64,000 bases of DNA, from positions 1,054,001 through 1,118,000 of the forward strand of contig NW_026515670.1 in assembly GCF_025526975.1 (NCBI RefSeq). The letters run 5' to 3'. The notes below the pieces were generated by a model. That model saw only the letters and a program-made list of their open reading frames with translations, did not search any database and was not told the origin of the DNA. Below, one piece after another: positions 25,275 through 37,169 of this stretch. Positions within the stretch are counted from its first letter, which is position 1. Each line of letters starts with the position of its first letter. Source of the DNA: Fimicolochytrium jonesii. Its lineage: Eukaryota. The translations under genes and the position numbers were made by a program.

Positions 25275-26164
25275 CTAACCCTCCCTGGTTTCCACAATAA
25301 TAAACTTGGTGCACAAGAGAACTGTTTCGGTGGAAGCCCCTGTTCCACGCTTGTTCGCCGCCGAATCCGCTCCGATCCCCCTTTCGACTACGACTGGATC
25401 ATATAGTTCCACCACATGCCCCGACTCGATAGTCGTCCAATTGCGCTCATCCGCGGATGCCATGTTGTGTAGTTTTGTGCAATGCCGGAACACTACATTC
25501 GTGATGTCGGACTCCTGGTTCACGTCATCAAGAGGGAATTCGCTGGGTGTTGGTCCATCGGCCAAAATCCCCAACGGCGTGCGTGGGATCCACGGCCGGC
25601 AATCCGCCCAAGTGACATTCATGAACAGATCATGCGTTGCTGTCATGACGCTGACAACGATACTAGGCTGTGCACCATACTGCCGTTTGCGAGCTGAAAA
25701 CAGTTCGTATCTGAGCCGAAGCTCGTATGATGTGTGCACACCGTCGGTTGTCTCACCTTCACTCGTCGTGTGCATCCACATGATACTATCCGACCTATCT
25801 ACCGCAGCTAAATTTGTCAAGCGCTCAGCAAGGCCACCCCTATCCAAGATGCTTATATTAGGCAAAGTTGCTGTTCAACCTTGAAGTGCAAAGGATTGAG
25901 GCGAGCGACTTACGGAACAAATTTTCTCGTCCTGGCCTTCGTCTCGCCGCCTTCTGGCCCACCACCTTGCTTGTGCCCGCCACCAGCTGAAACCCCCTGA
26001 TACTTTTTCCAGCTTAGAGGTGCGGCATCCTGCGGGAACGGTTCTCCAGGCGGAGAACGCGCAGAGGTAACGTGGGTACCAGGCTGGTCAACGAATCGCG
26101 AGTCATCGTGGGGTGGTGATGTGGTGCTTTGTGCGACGGGTACAGTAGGAATGGTAAACTTCAT
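25275..26164 (-). CDS. Small SPIDR (DUF4502)-like protein, 2 exons
   Basis: Intron 25840-25913 joins RKFVP/GGLAERLTNLAAVDRSDSIMWMH, which resembles the recalled SPIDR motif GGLAERL...RS.I..W.H. The C-terminus is beta-rich (NVVF...GHVVELYDP...VLLCTKF). Confidence 0.6.
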
Positions 26165-26449
26165 TTCAGGATTTGCCTGCCGTCTGAGCTCTACGAGGCT
26201 GGACCTATGTTATGGTTTCCTGCGATAGACTGAGTTGCTCGCAGCTGTCTGTCATGGCCCACTTGGCCCAGCGTAATTTCCCAGAGGTCTGAAAAAAGTT
26301 CTCAGGAACAAGAAAGTTGGGGCACAAACAAATCTCGTGCCTAGCCTTTGAACTTCGCAAAGCAAGTAAAACTACCGTACCTAGTCCACCGTCCCTTGCC
26401 TCATATACGACTTTCCCGAACATCCCGACACACCAGACTCACACAGGCG

Positions 26450-27545
26450 ATGGGAAACTGCGCTTCGGGATGCCTGGACGCTACTGAAGCGTGTTGTCCC
26501 AACTCGGCGTGGCTGGCCTCATATCGCAATGGCCTCGCATCACAGTTGACGTTCGATTATGACGAGATCGATGACTTGGAGTTTGAGAACCTCCTGAACA
26601 ACCCCAACGCGCATGGTGCTTATAACCATGCCCACAACAGGTCGCCTTTCTGGGACAAAGTCGCTGCTCTATTTCGGCCCCCGAGAGATGGCGCGCCGGG
26701 GCGACCGCATCGTGGAGGTTTCAGGGCCGGCGGGTACCAGTCTGTCCCAACCGACGGGCGTGAGGGAAACAGAGGGCCGTTTGTGCGGGAACTGGATGAT
26801 GAGGAGTTCTTGAGGCATGAGGAAGACGCTCAGCTCATGAATAATGAGCAGATTCGGAGGATAACGAGTTTCGTTCGGGAGCAGGTGAGTTGACTGTGAC
26901 ATAGCTTGTGGTACTATAATCGCCGCTCGTGCATTCTAACCCTCAGAAATCTCAGCCACGGGCCACTAATCCGTCTCCTACGCCACCGCCATTGGTTGAG
27001 ACAGCATCAAAAACCCCCGACAGCATAGGATCCAGTGACCCACTCTCACATTTCTCCAAAGGCGTGATTGAGAGCGAGCCTCTGCCATCAAAGATCAACA
27101 TACCCAAAGCAACACCGCTCTCCAACTCGCCAGAACCATCATCAGTGCCAAAACCAGCGCATAATACCCATCCAACCTTCCGCCCAAAGAAGCGAAGTAC
27201 ATTTGCCTCGGGTGCAGCGTTCGCCGCCGCTGCGCTCTCGAATAGCGGCCAATCCCCTCCAAGCGTATCTCTGGATTCGGAATCGGATTTCGGGTAGGGT
27301 TCAATGTTTCGTGCAAGCGCCTGATCGTACACTAACCTCACCAGAAATTCAGCAACTTCCAAACTGCCAAACCAGAAGCTCCGAAAGTATCGTCTGCCTT
27401 TCTTCCTAGGCAAGAGTCTGACTTCGACGTAGGGGCTTCGCAAGGATACGCAACCCCGCCTGAAGCCCTTCCTCAGCAGAGTGATGGGGATTCGACTTCC
27501 ACAGCTTTGAGAACCGATCCTCTTGGTGGCGCGGTGGTCGAGTGA
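26450..27545 (+). CDS. Hypothetical protein with N-terminal MGNC lipidation motif, 3 exons
   Basis: Starts MGNCASGC. Introns at 26885-26946 and 27294-27352 (branch point actaac). The choice of the last acceptor is inferred. Confidence 0.6.
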
Positions 27546-29111
27546 ATGTGACATGGCCATCGAGCCATCCATTACTTGTCGTGGGATCCAGACTCAGGCA
27601 GAACTCTGCCGCTGTCGTCTGGTATATAGAGTCCCAAAGGGCTGCAGAGACATGATCTATGAGCGGCTCAGTCTAATTTTTGGTTTCCGATATATCTTGA
27701 GACCGAGTGATATCAGTTTGCATTCAAATCCATTCATTCCGTAGAGCGCGGTGGGAAGTTTTGTGACAATTCTCTGGACTTCATGGATCGGGCCTTTCAC
27801 TTGTTCCTAAGTATACGCATATGTGTGCGATGGACATGGGCCAATCAGCTCGAGCCTCTCAAACGTCTTTGGTCAATCGATGAGATTTTCATGACTTTCA
27901 ATTCATGAATGCGTCAGGCTTGGTGCAGTGTGGCTTGAGATCCCTGCAAACCCTATTCGCTTACATACAAATTTTGGCTCCCTCTGGCGCTCACAGAAAG
28001 TGTGTCTGCCAACGGAGCTGATCTGAGCGCGTTACATTTCCGGCTTAGCCCCCACTGGATTGCCTCAGAAGCATGCAGATCTGGAGGTCTGCCGCGCGGA
28101 CTATAACAAACAAATGCCGGGTCTTTCCAGTTGGGCATGCTCCGTTTGTCCCTGCTAACCGTATAAGGGGTTTATTTGCACTTTCCATTGTTAATCCAGA
28201 GGGTCTTCTAGGTTCGCTCCCGACGTTCCAAATACCAGCACAATTGCAGCGCGTCCTTTTCATTGTGTCCAAATCCACTCTTTCTCCAATCTAAATCCCC
28301 ACCGCCAACCACTTCACCGTTTCTCCAAAATGCCAGAACACCCAACCACGTCAGATGACCGCCCGCCTTCTCTCGAATTCTCTCGACTTATCTACCACAG
28401 GCGGCGGTCCAACAAGCTCAAAATGGCTAGCCTGTTTTTTCTCACCGCCATCGACATTCTTGGACGCCGCGCTGGCGCTTTTTGCTTTCAAGTGTGGGAC
28501 GTTTTGACGGCTGATATGTATGGAAGGGCAATGTAAGCGGTGGGATGAGAAGTGTGTGTACAACCTGCGGCCACCCTCAATCTATACATGTATGATAGAT
28601 TCGTCATCACCGAAAACTGGCCCATTCCCCACAAGGCAATGTGGGTTTGGCTACAGCTTTGTCCTAAGGTATTCTAGGTGCAAATGACTAGTAGGCCCGA
28701 AATATGGCCACAGGCACGGGGGGAACGAGTGACTACTACATGGAAACTGGCTTGTCCGTCCGCTCAACGCGTTCCAGAGGGAGCTCGGCCGCCAGTCTTG
28801 AGACTATCCTGCGGACTGACTCTTCTGGCCATTGAATCCATTGCAGTCCTGAGCAACGCGAACGGAGAATAATTGAACAACTGTCAAAGGGTATTGACGG
28901 TAGACCGGTGACCGACAATACGGTTTGCGAGCCCAAGGGCACGGTATTACACTCTTTTTGACAGTAATTGAATCCACTCGTTGGTATGTATATTCGGGCG
29001 TATTCCGATTCTATGTAGCCAAGGCCGCCCTCATATAGCCAGAGGTGCACGATCAGCTACGATCAATCTATTTCCAATCTAGTATCTAGGGGGTATACCA
29101 ATAGTTCGAGT

Positions 29112-30101
29112 TTAAATATACTTCTTGTCCACCCAGTTGGTCGACTCGAGGACATTCGCCATCGAGTATTTTCCAACCTCGTTAGCGGCCAGAACACGGG
29201 ACAAGATACGCTTGCTTGTAGCAGAACCGGTGCCCATGTTGTTATATTCAAAGAACTGGAGGTTTTGGGTGGGGTCGGTCGGGTTCCATTGGTCCCAGCC
29301 TGTGGGTTTGATGATGTTCGAGATGTCGCTGTTCATGAAGACGACATGAGCGAATTGCCTCCACGGGCGTCCCAAAGCAACACCTCCGTTGACGGTAGGG
29401 AGAGCATTATCGGCCGCGGCGACTGTGCACTGGTTAAACACGTAAACGCCCTTGTTGGTAGCAGAGTCCACTCCGGAGGCGGTAACCCAACCCTTGTCCA
29501 GCGAGCGCATGTCACACTTCTGGAAGTATGCGCGGGAACGAGAGCCGAAAATGTAGTCGACGCGACCAACAATCTTGGTTTTGCCGAAGTAGTGGTGACC
29601 TTGGTTCGTGAGCAGGGTGTCTTGCCATCCCAGCAATTGGCAGCCGTAGTATCCCTGGCGATCGGCCTGGGCAGAGAGAGCAATGGCCTGAGAGCCGACG
29701 AACTCGTTCTGGATGTTGATGTTGTACATCGAGAAATCAGCACTTTGCGCGCGGACAGTGCCCGAGGCATCGTTGTTACCGGCCGAGGCAGCAGACTTCT
29801 TGTACGTAATCAAGACTTCGTTCGACTTGTAATCCACGTCGTTTTTGGAATAACCGATAATTGTCATTGGGGCGGAACGCTTGATATGGACTTGCTCGTT
29901 GTATGTACCGGGGTAGACGAAAATGGTGGCGGCAGCCTTGGCGGGGGCAGCGGCGACTGCGGCGCTCACAGTACTGTAAACCTTCGCATTGCCCTGGGAA
30001 GTCTTGGACACAATCAAGGCTCCGGCGGGAGGCGTTGTGAGGGCATCGGCACCGAGAGCTGCGCAAAGGCAGGCAAGGACAGCTGATTTGAGACCGAACA
30101 T
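29112..30101 (-). CDS. Secreted pectin methylesterase (CE8), intronless
   Basis: Signal peptide MFGLKSAVLACLCAALGADA; motifs PGTYNE, SQAIAL, GWQDTL, VDYIFG and LGRPW. Confidence 0.95.
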   Translation of the reverse strand: MFGLKSAVLACLCAALGADALTTPPAGALIVSKTSQGNAKVYSTVSAAVAAAPAKAAATIFVYPGTYNEQVHIKRSAPMTIIGYSKNDVDYKSNEVLITYKKSAASAGNNDASGTVRAQSADFSMYNINIQNEFVGSQAIALSAQADRQGYYGCQLLGWQDTLLTNQGHHYFGKTKIVGRVDYIFGSRSRAYFQKCDMRSLDKGWVTASGVDSATNKGVYVFNQCTVAAADNALPTVNGGVALGRPWRQFAHVVFMNSDISNIIKPTGWDQWNPTDPTQNLQFFEYNNMGTGSATSKRILSRVLAANEVGKYSMANVLESTNWVDKKYI

Positions 30102-32696
30102 GGTGAAGTGCTTGAATTTAGGTGTGGTGGATGAAAGGTCAGAAGGGATGCAGTATGGCCCGGCTTTTATAGCCGAATGCCTGCAAGCCGCATCCAGTTT
30201 TTCCTTCTGAGTTTCCGCATGAGGTGAACTTTTTGGGACAGATTTGCTTTCCTTTCCACCGCGCACGCGTACGACGCGGAACGATGCGTTCGCCGGTGCT
30301 CGTCGAATGTTGAAAGTATAAGAAAGTTTGCTTCCTGATTCCGATTTCCCGGGACGCCCGGGTTTTGGGGCGCCTTCCCATCCGTGGCTCATTTGCATTT
30401 TTTCAATAAATATCCCACCACCCCCATAATAAAATGATTTGATCTTTTCCATTGGTGTAACCCTGTAGGAATCAAAATTCTACCCCTAACAAAATTTTAA
30501 TTTTGAAGCGCGATGAGATTGGCAAACTCCGATTTCTATTGACAGTGGCAGCAGAGAGCGTTTCAAACTTTATCATGCTTGGCATTGCACCTCTCATAAG
30601 ACAAACGGGAAGAGAATCAGAACATTTCTGAGGGTATACGAGACATGAATTCCTGGCGTTATTGCAGAATAGAAGGGAAACTGTTCAACCAAATGCGTGA
30701 GAAAGTGAGGGTGTATCCGCATGCAATCAAGGATCAGATCATGAAAGCAAAGGACAGAGACGAGATCGTCTGCGGAAGGTTGACAAGCGATCTTGTCTCT
30801 GCCCTTCCACGCTGCTACCGGCGACGACACCGTATGACACTGACCACTGCGGCGAGCAATGGACCTCCAAATCCCCGCTGCCACCAGCCCCACACCGGCG
30901 GCGGCACCCAAGACGGATTCAGCAATGACACCTTTTTCATGAGGTTAGGCCTTCAGAGGGTGGTTTTCCATGTTGAGCTGGATGTCGTTATCGTCGGCTG
31001 TATAGTCGCGCCGCTAGGGTTTGGAGCCCCGTTGACGCCGAGTGAGGTCGCGGAGGTGATCCCCACATGTGACGCTTCCCCCGACCTGATCACCAGCTGG
31101 TCGCTTCCGGAGAAGGTCGTACAGAAGGTAGCAATCACAGGCAGAGGCCGAGGGGTTCCGGGCACTGCACTGCACTGTCAAAAGCTTGGCTCGTCGGGGC
31201 TGGAAAAGCGCCGGCGCCGCCTTTGCATTGCGCCATATGAGATCGGGATTGCAACCGTTATCGGGTCCTGCGGCGTGTCGCTAAACGATGTCTCGTCCAC
31301 CATTGTAAGTCCCACAACTGATGCTCTCAACTGGTGCACGCAATCTCTGTGAGTTGGCAATCCCCCGTGGTCTTCCGCATTAGGCTGATGAAGTATGCGA
31401 CAATGTGCTGTCAAATCTTAATACTTCGTCGTGCAAACCACAAAATACTGATATCCAAATTGGCAGTCGAGATATTCCCCTTTCTATTCACCGCGATCTC
31501 CAGGTGTCCATTTCACATATTCTCCAGTTCCACCCCACTCGGGTTCTGATCCGCGCGGGTTGAAGAGTCTCCTCGGTCTTAATTGGCTCGTGGGAAAAGA
31601 ACTCCGGGCAGGAGGAAGATGCGGCAGCTTCAGCAGGATGAGCAGTGGAAGAGGGAGGTTTAGCTGGTGGTGGATATTTCGGTTGGGTTGTTATTTGCTA
31701 AATGACTTTCGCTGGAAGCCAAGGTACGCAGCGCGTAAACACTCTGATCCACTCTTACCAGAATTTTCGCTTTGACAAAATCCATAGTAAGTAGCAGTTG
31801 CATCCAGCCCGATGGCGATGTTTTCGACCACTATGCAGCCGCAACCATCTGGGCGTCGGTTAAGAAACGAGGACGAGGACCAGCCTCCACTACGAATGCA
31901 CCATTGGACTTGCCAGCCAATGAAGACCTGAGCAGAAACGCATGAACACTCACACCAAAAACTGGGGTACTATAGAGAACAAGCGAATGTCCGTTGGTCC
32001 GTTGACATGAAGCAGCAATGAAGCCTGCATCGTTGATTGTGATGAGCAAGGAGACGGCAGCTACCTGATGCCTGCACTCCTGCTTGGTTTTAGCTTGTCG
32101 AGAATGGGGCGTGGGAGTAGTCACTCATAATCACTTGTTCATTTCGCTGAGAAGACCGGCGTCCGAAGCGAACCCTAATCCATGATTTCAGGCGCGAATC
32201 CATGATGTGTCTCCTGTGCCACGATACCGCGGACTCTCCGATTGGTACAAAGATGTTAACCCACTTCGCAAGTGGGGCACGGGCATGCCACCGGAACCCC
32301 AGTCGGCGCCGGGTAGGATGCCTTCTGGACACTGGACAATGACCTGGACAATGACGATGGAATTGCATGCACAAGGGGGACGGCGGAGCTTCGGCGATGC
32401 CAGTGATCGAAAATCAAACGGCCCGGCGCCCCCCATGTGAGGATTTGCAGTGGGCACCCATGGCATTTTGCCTGGTTTTTATGCGCGCGACAACCGGGCG
32501 TTCTTCGCCGTCTCCGGACACCACGCAAAACGTCGCAAACGCTTTGGTGGAAGGCCTAGTTGAAGGCTCCGGGCTTCGAGAAGGTGACTGCACATAACAT
32601 CGGTCCTTGGCGTATATGTGGTGGGAGTCCACTTCAAGACTCCTGCGATATCGATAAACGTTCACAAGGCGTCGTGAAACGTACACGACCTCAACC

Positions 32697-35000
32697 ATGC
32701 GGCGAACGGAAGGTAGCGAATCGCCTGCGAAGGACGATCCGACGAAGAAAACCAAGACCATTTGGGCGTGCGACCGATGTAAGCTGCCCTTGAAGTGTTT
32801 TGAACACCCAAAGCGATGTCTCATAAGGCTTTCGTCTCCCTATGGTCACAGGCTATCGACTGAAATCGAAATGCGACTCCGGAAGACCGAGCTGCAGTTC
32901 GTGTATCAAGTCACGAGCAAACTGCTCATACGACGCCCGGCAGCGAGGGCCTGCCAGTGCTCGTCGTGGGAAACGCACTAAAGCAATAGACCAATGTAAG
33001 GGACTCCTGGACCTCCTTCGCCTGCGACTTGCTTCTCATTGCTTTGAAACGCGCAACAGATGTACTCATGTTGGAGGAGAGACTTCGGGAGGTTGAGACT
33101 ATCATGAAGTCAGGACGCCCGCCACATGATTGGCAACCCTCCCCCCAGTCGGCAGAACCGGAAGCCGCCACTATAGCATCTGGGTTATCGCAAGAACCTC
33201 GAAGGCAGTCTTCTGTGAATACATGGGACACTAGGGCATATTACGGCGAGCGCCCCCTTTCAAACCATGCAGCCCCATTACAACTCTCAACGAACTCGCC
33301 AATGGACATCACAATGATGACTAGCCACACGATACCTCAATCCGCTGCACACACAATGCTCTCAACGCCAAAGACGGCTGGTCCACCGGTTGCTCCAGAA
33401 GAGATGTTCTCGCGTGATGTGCTCATGGATGCGGTAGACGCCTACTTCAAAGCCGTGTGCGTGCGCTGGTACAACGTTCCATCTCATGAAAGGACGTTTT
33501 GGAGTCGACCGCTCGAAGAGCACCCGATCTTCCTGGTGTATGCCATGGCGTTTGCAGGCGCTCCCTATGCGAAGCACCCTACAGCGATTGCGTTCACAAA
33601 AAGTCATCGGTTGCCCGGATACAAAGCCGGAATGCCTTACTACCATAAAGCCCTTGCAATGATACCTCAGGTGGTGAACAGCCCAAGCGTGGATAATCTC
33701 ATTGCTATGACCATCCTCGCTATCACGGGAATTCGTATGTGACGTGTTCCGCCCTTTGCAATCATCTGGTTCCACACTAATCAAATGCAAAACATAGGAA
33801 TGGGGGACCCAGCTGGAACGGACACCGCTTCCCAAGCATTACATATGGCGAATCAGCTCAAATTGGATGTTGACCCCGATGTAGAAGAGATTCACGGCTC
33901 CATGACCTGGCTCGAAAAGGAGATTCGACGACGGCTGTGGTGGTGTGTCTGCGTTGTCGACTCGACGGACTCTTACATCCGCAATCGGGAAAAGAGGATC
34001 GCAGATCAAAATCAACCTCTCATAGATAGGACGCCATTTATAAGGAAACATTCAGTAAGAGTTCGTGCGGCGGCACCGGATGCCGTGTTCAACTCGGTCG
34101 AAACTCCGGACGGACTTCCTGCGATGGGGGCGTTCGTACCAGGAGAAGATCTCAACTGCGTTGAGCACTATGCGCAGCTGTCGCAGATTTACTCCCGCAT
34201 CCAAGCCGTTGGAGGAACCGTGACCACTATCGTCGGGTTTGCTACGGACGCTCGACGCGCACTTGAGAATGTGTCTATCAGCGTCGCGCAGTTGCATACA
34301 TCGGCGGTTTCGTACGCGGAAAAGGACACGGAGGTGGAGATGCTAGAGGCTGATTTAAGGTGAGCTGAATGAGTTTGCTTCTGAGGTAAACGCGTAAACG
34401 CGCATCAACTCACCATGTAAATGTAGGGCATGGATGCAAGGACTACCAAAGTGGGCCCAATCCGTCAGCCACTGCACAAATTTTGCAGCGGACTCCACGT
34501 CACGAGATCCCCCGCCATGGCAACTCTTCTTCCTCCACGTCATGTACCATTCTTGTTACGTGGCGCTTCATCTCCCCACCATCTTCCACTCTCCTTTGGA
34601 CCGCACGACAGCGTACGCAAAGGCCTTGAAGCACTCGCGAGAAGTAACGCATCTTCTGCAACAGGCCTTCGCCATCGACCCACACGCGTCCTTCAATCCA
34701 CTACACAGCTGTCTTTTCGCATTCTACCCGGCCGTCACGATTGCCATCGCCATGCGGGAAGAGAACGAATGGAGAGAGCGTATGGCGTTGCAACGCGAAT
34801 TCGAGATGTACTTATCCTGGATCAAGGCATTTGGCGACAAGTGGTACTTTGGCGAGTATTTGAACTCGGTTTTGGAGGCGATCGGACAGGATTGGGCGAG
34901 CAGCCCGCTTTCGGCATCGCGAGAGCATGTAGGCCCGGGTGCGCCTGAAGCGGAGGGATGGGCTGCTACTTCTGTGTCGCCTAATCGGCAGTTACCGTAA
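32697..35000 (+). CDS. Zn(II)2Cys6 fungal transcription factor with Fungal_trans domain, about 5 exons
   Basis: Spliced ACDRCYRLKSKCDSGRPSCSSCIKSRANC, and WLEKEIRRRLWW in the middle homology region. Confidence 0.92.
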
Positions 35001-35352
35001 GCTTCAGCCCACAAGGAACACGATTTTGCAGGCTATGACGGGCAGGCGTAGGCTTTCCAGCGATTCAGTTCTAGATTGTACCATAATCGTGTACAGCTCT
35101 ACTCCTGGAATCATTCTGTAGACCACCTTCTAGACCATGTTGATTTTCCTGTCTCCGGTGAATCAAAAACACTTATCGTTTGATATGGAAAAAAACACGC
35201 CTGCTATAACAACACCATCGCTACAATACCAGAATATGTACAAATTGCTCGATGAAAGGGCGACAAATGGCAGCTGCCTTCAAAAGCGTTTCAGGCAGTC
35301 ACGCACGCCTCGCATGATCATCGATCAAAAACAAGCGACCTCCATAAGCCGC

Positions 35353-36213
35353 TCATAAACCATCTGACATAAGTTCCTCCATATTCGCGTCACCGTTCGC
35401 AGGCAGATCAACCGTCTCGTTCGAAACTCCATTTATAGACTGCTGTGCGGCGGCGGCTTGTTCTAACTTCTCCAGGTTGGGCACCAGAATGTATGCGAGA
35501 TTTTGCATTGTGTGATCGGCTCTGATAAGTAGCGACGTTAATAATCCCAAGCTGGAACGACATAGCTAAAAGGTCGAGCTGATCATGTCATGTGGCTCAC
35601 TTTAAAGAATGGGCTGGATTTGGCCCTAGGACCTCCCCACACACGGGACAGGCTTTCTGGAGGCCCATGCGCTCCCAATCCTTGTAGATGCATGATTTAC
35701 AGACTGGAGACAACTTTGATCATGTTTCCATTGCCGACTACGGCGCGCCAGATGGCAGCCAAACCACTCACATGTATGTAAGCATGGATCGATTGACGTT
35801 GCATCAATTAGGTATCCTTTGCAGAGCGGGCATGTCAAAAAACGGTTCATCGTTTTTGCCTATGAATTTACGTGAGAAAGGCAGATCAATGCCACCGTAC
35901 GGACAGCGGGTACTTACGTTGAAAACCAGCTAAACCCAGCCAGAAAGGAGGGATTGGCACAACATCGCATATGGCAAGGGAAAGATCATAGACTAACCTC
36001 TCGGCCCCGGACGGTTGGCTTGCTTCCTTGTAGACTGTTAGAGGCCTACGACAGAGATTTATTCCCACAACCTCCGGTTGTCTTGGGTTTGCACGTGGCA
36101 CATACTTCGAGGGCAGGCTTCGTACTTGCCGGCACGACGCCTCCAGAGTCCCTTTGTTCGGAAGCTGTGCTCTGAGGCGCCCTCCGTCGCCTTTCCGTAT
36201 CGTCCTTTCCCAT
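35353..36213 (-). CDS. PCGF/BMI1-type C3HC4 RING protein, multi-exon, no RAWUL domain evident
   Basis: Spliced MNRFLTCPLCKGYLIDATSIDPCLHT/FCKSCIYK...CPVCGEVLGPNP...K/ADHTMQNLAYILVPNL. The GY.IDAT.I..CLH.FCK.CI and D.T.Q...Y.LVP.L motifs are PCGF hallmarks. The 5' exons are less certain. Confidence 0.85.
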
Positions 36214-37169
36214 GGTGTAGAATCCGCGCGTAGCCTATGACGATATCCTGCGAGGCAGCTCTCTCATCCCACCCTGGATCTCCTGGATACCAGGGAAACG
36301 CGAAATGTGTCCAGCCCTTTTCGTAAGACTCTGCGATAGGGATCCAAGTCCATTATCCGTACTGGCTTACATGAAATATCGTTAACAAGTAAACTTTACC
36401 TAAAATTGGCGAAGCTCTATGCGTGATAGGCCTGGAACACGGATTGTGGCAGCGGTCGACCGTTCACAAGGACGCAGGCGGTTTCCGACAGGGATTGCCG
36501 AGCACCGGACGGGGACAAATGTTGCAGACTACAGAAGTCGCTCACAGTTCAAGTTCAGCAGCAGCGCCGAGAGCCGTCCACCCATTCTTTGCCTTCCTTG
36601 CTGTTGAGATAAGCGAGGCACGTCTCGTCCCTTTTTGGCAACGTATTACGCGTCTCGGCCGGGATTGCTCACAGGTAAGGCATGTCGATACTGCTGGTAC
36701 ATTGAGGCCAAGTTCTATGAGGGTGACGGTGACGATATGCGGCCGTCTTGCAACATTCAGTTGGACCGTTGGAGGCAGGGTCAATGAGCTGGGCCGCGAG
36801 GGTATGCTCTGGATAGGGTTCGCGGATGCCAGACAACCCACCTTTGTTCGCCATGTTCAGGCTGTGGGCCGTCCTGACGCTTCCTTCCACTTCCAGTAGT
36901 TGAATATTAACCAGGTAGAACTCTTTTCGGCCGGGAGGTAAGCGACAGCAGGTGCTCTTGGTCTCATTTATTGTGAAGCAAGGTCAATAAGCTGAACTTC
37001 GACCATTTTGGTGCGGTCGGCTAGTTATTTAGCGGAGTCTGAGAAAATATTCGATTGTTTTAGGGTCATTAAATCGAACATCGATAAGCGGAGTCTGTGC
37101 GGAACCGGCTGGACTGCGTCATACCTAGAGGGACCTAGCTTGAGAAAGGGCATCAGAGGGTGGGCGTAG

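Noticed and set aside
29265..30086. 273-aa plus-strand ORF
   Set aside because: Antisense shadow of the pectin methylesterase.
30645..31414. 235-aa ORF and opposite-strand ORFs
   Set aside because: No motif, and the coding strand could not be decided.
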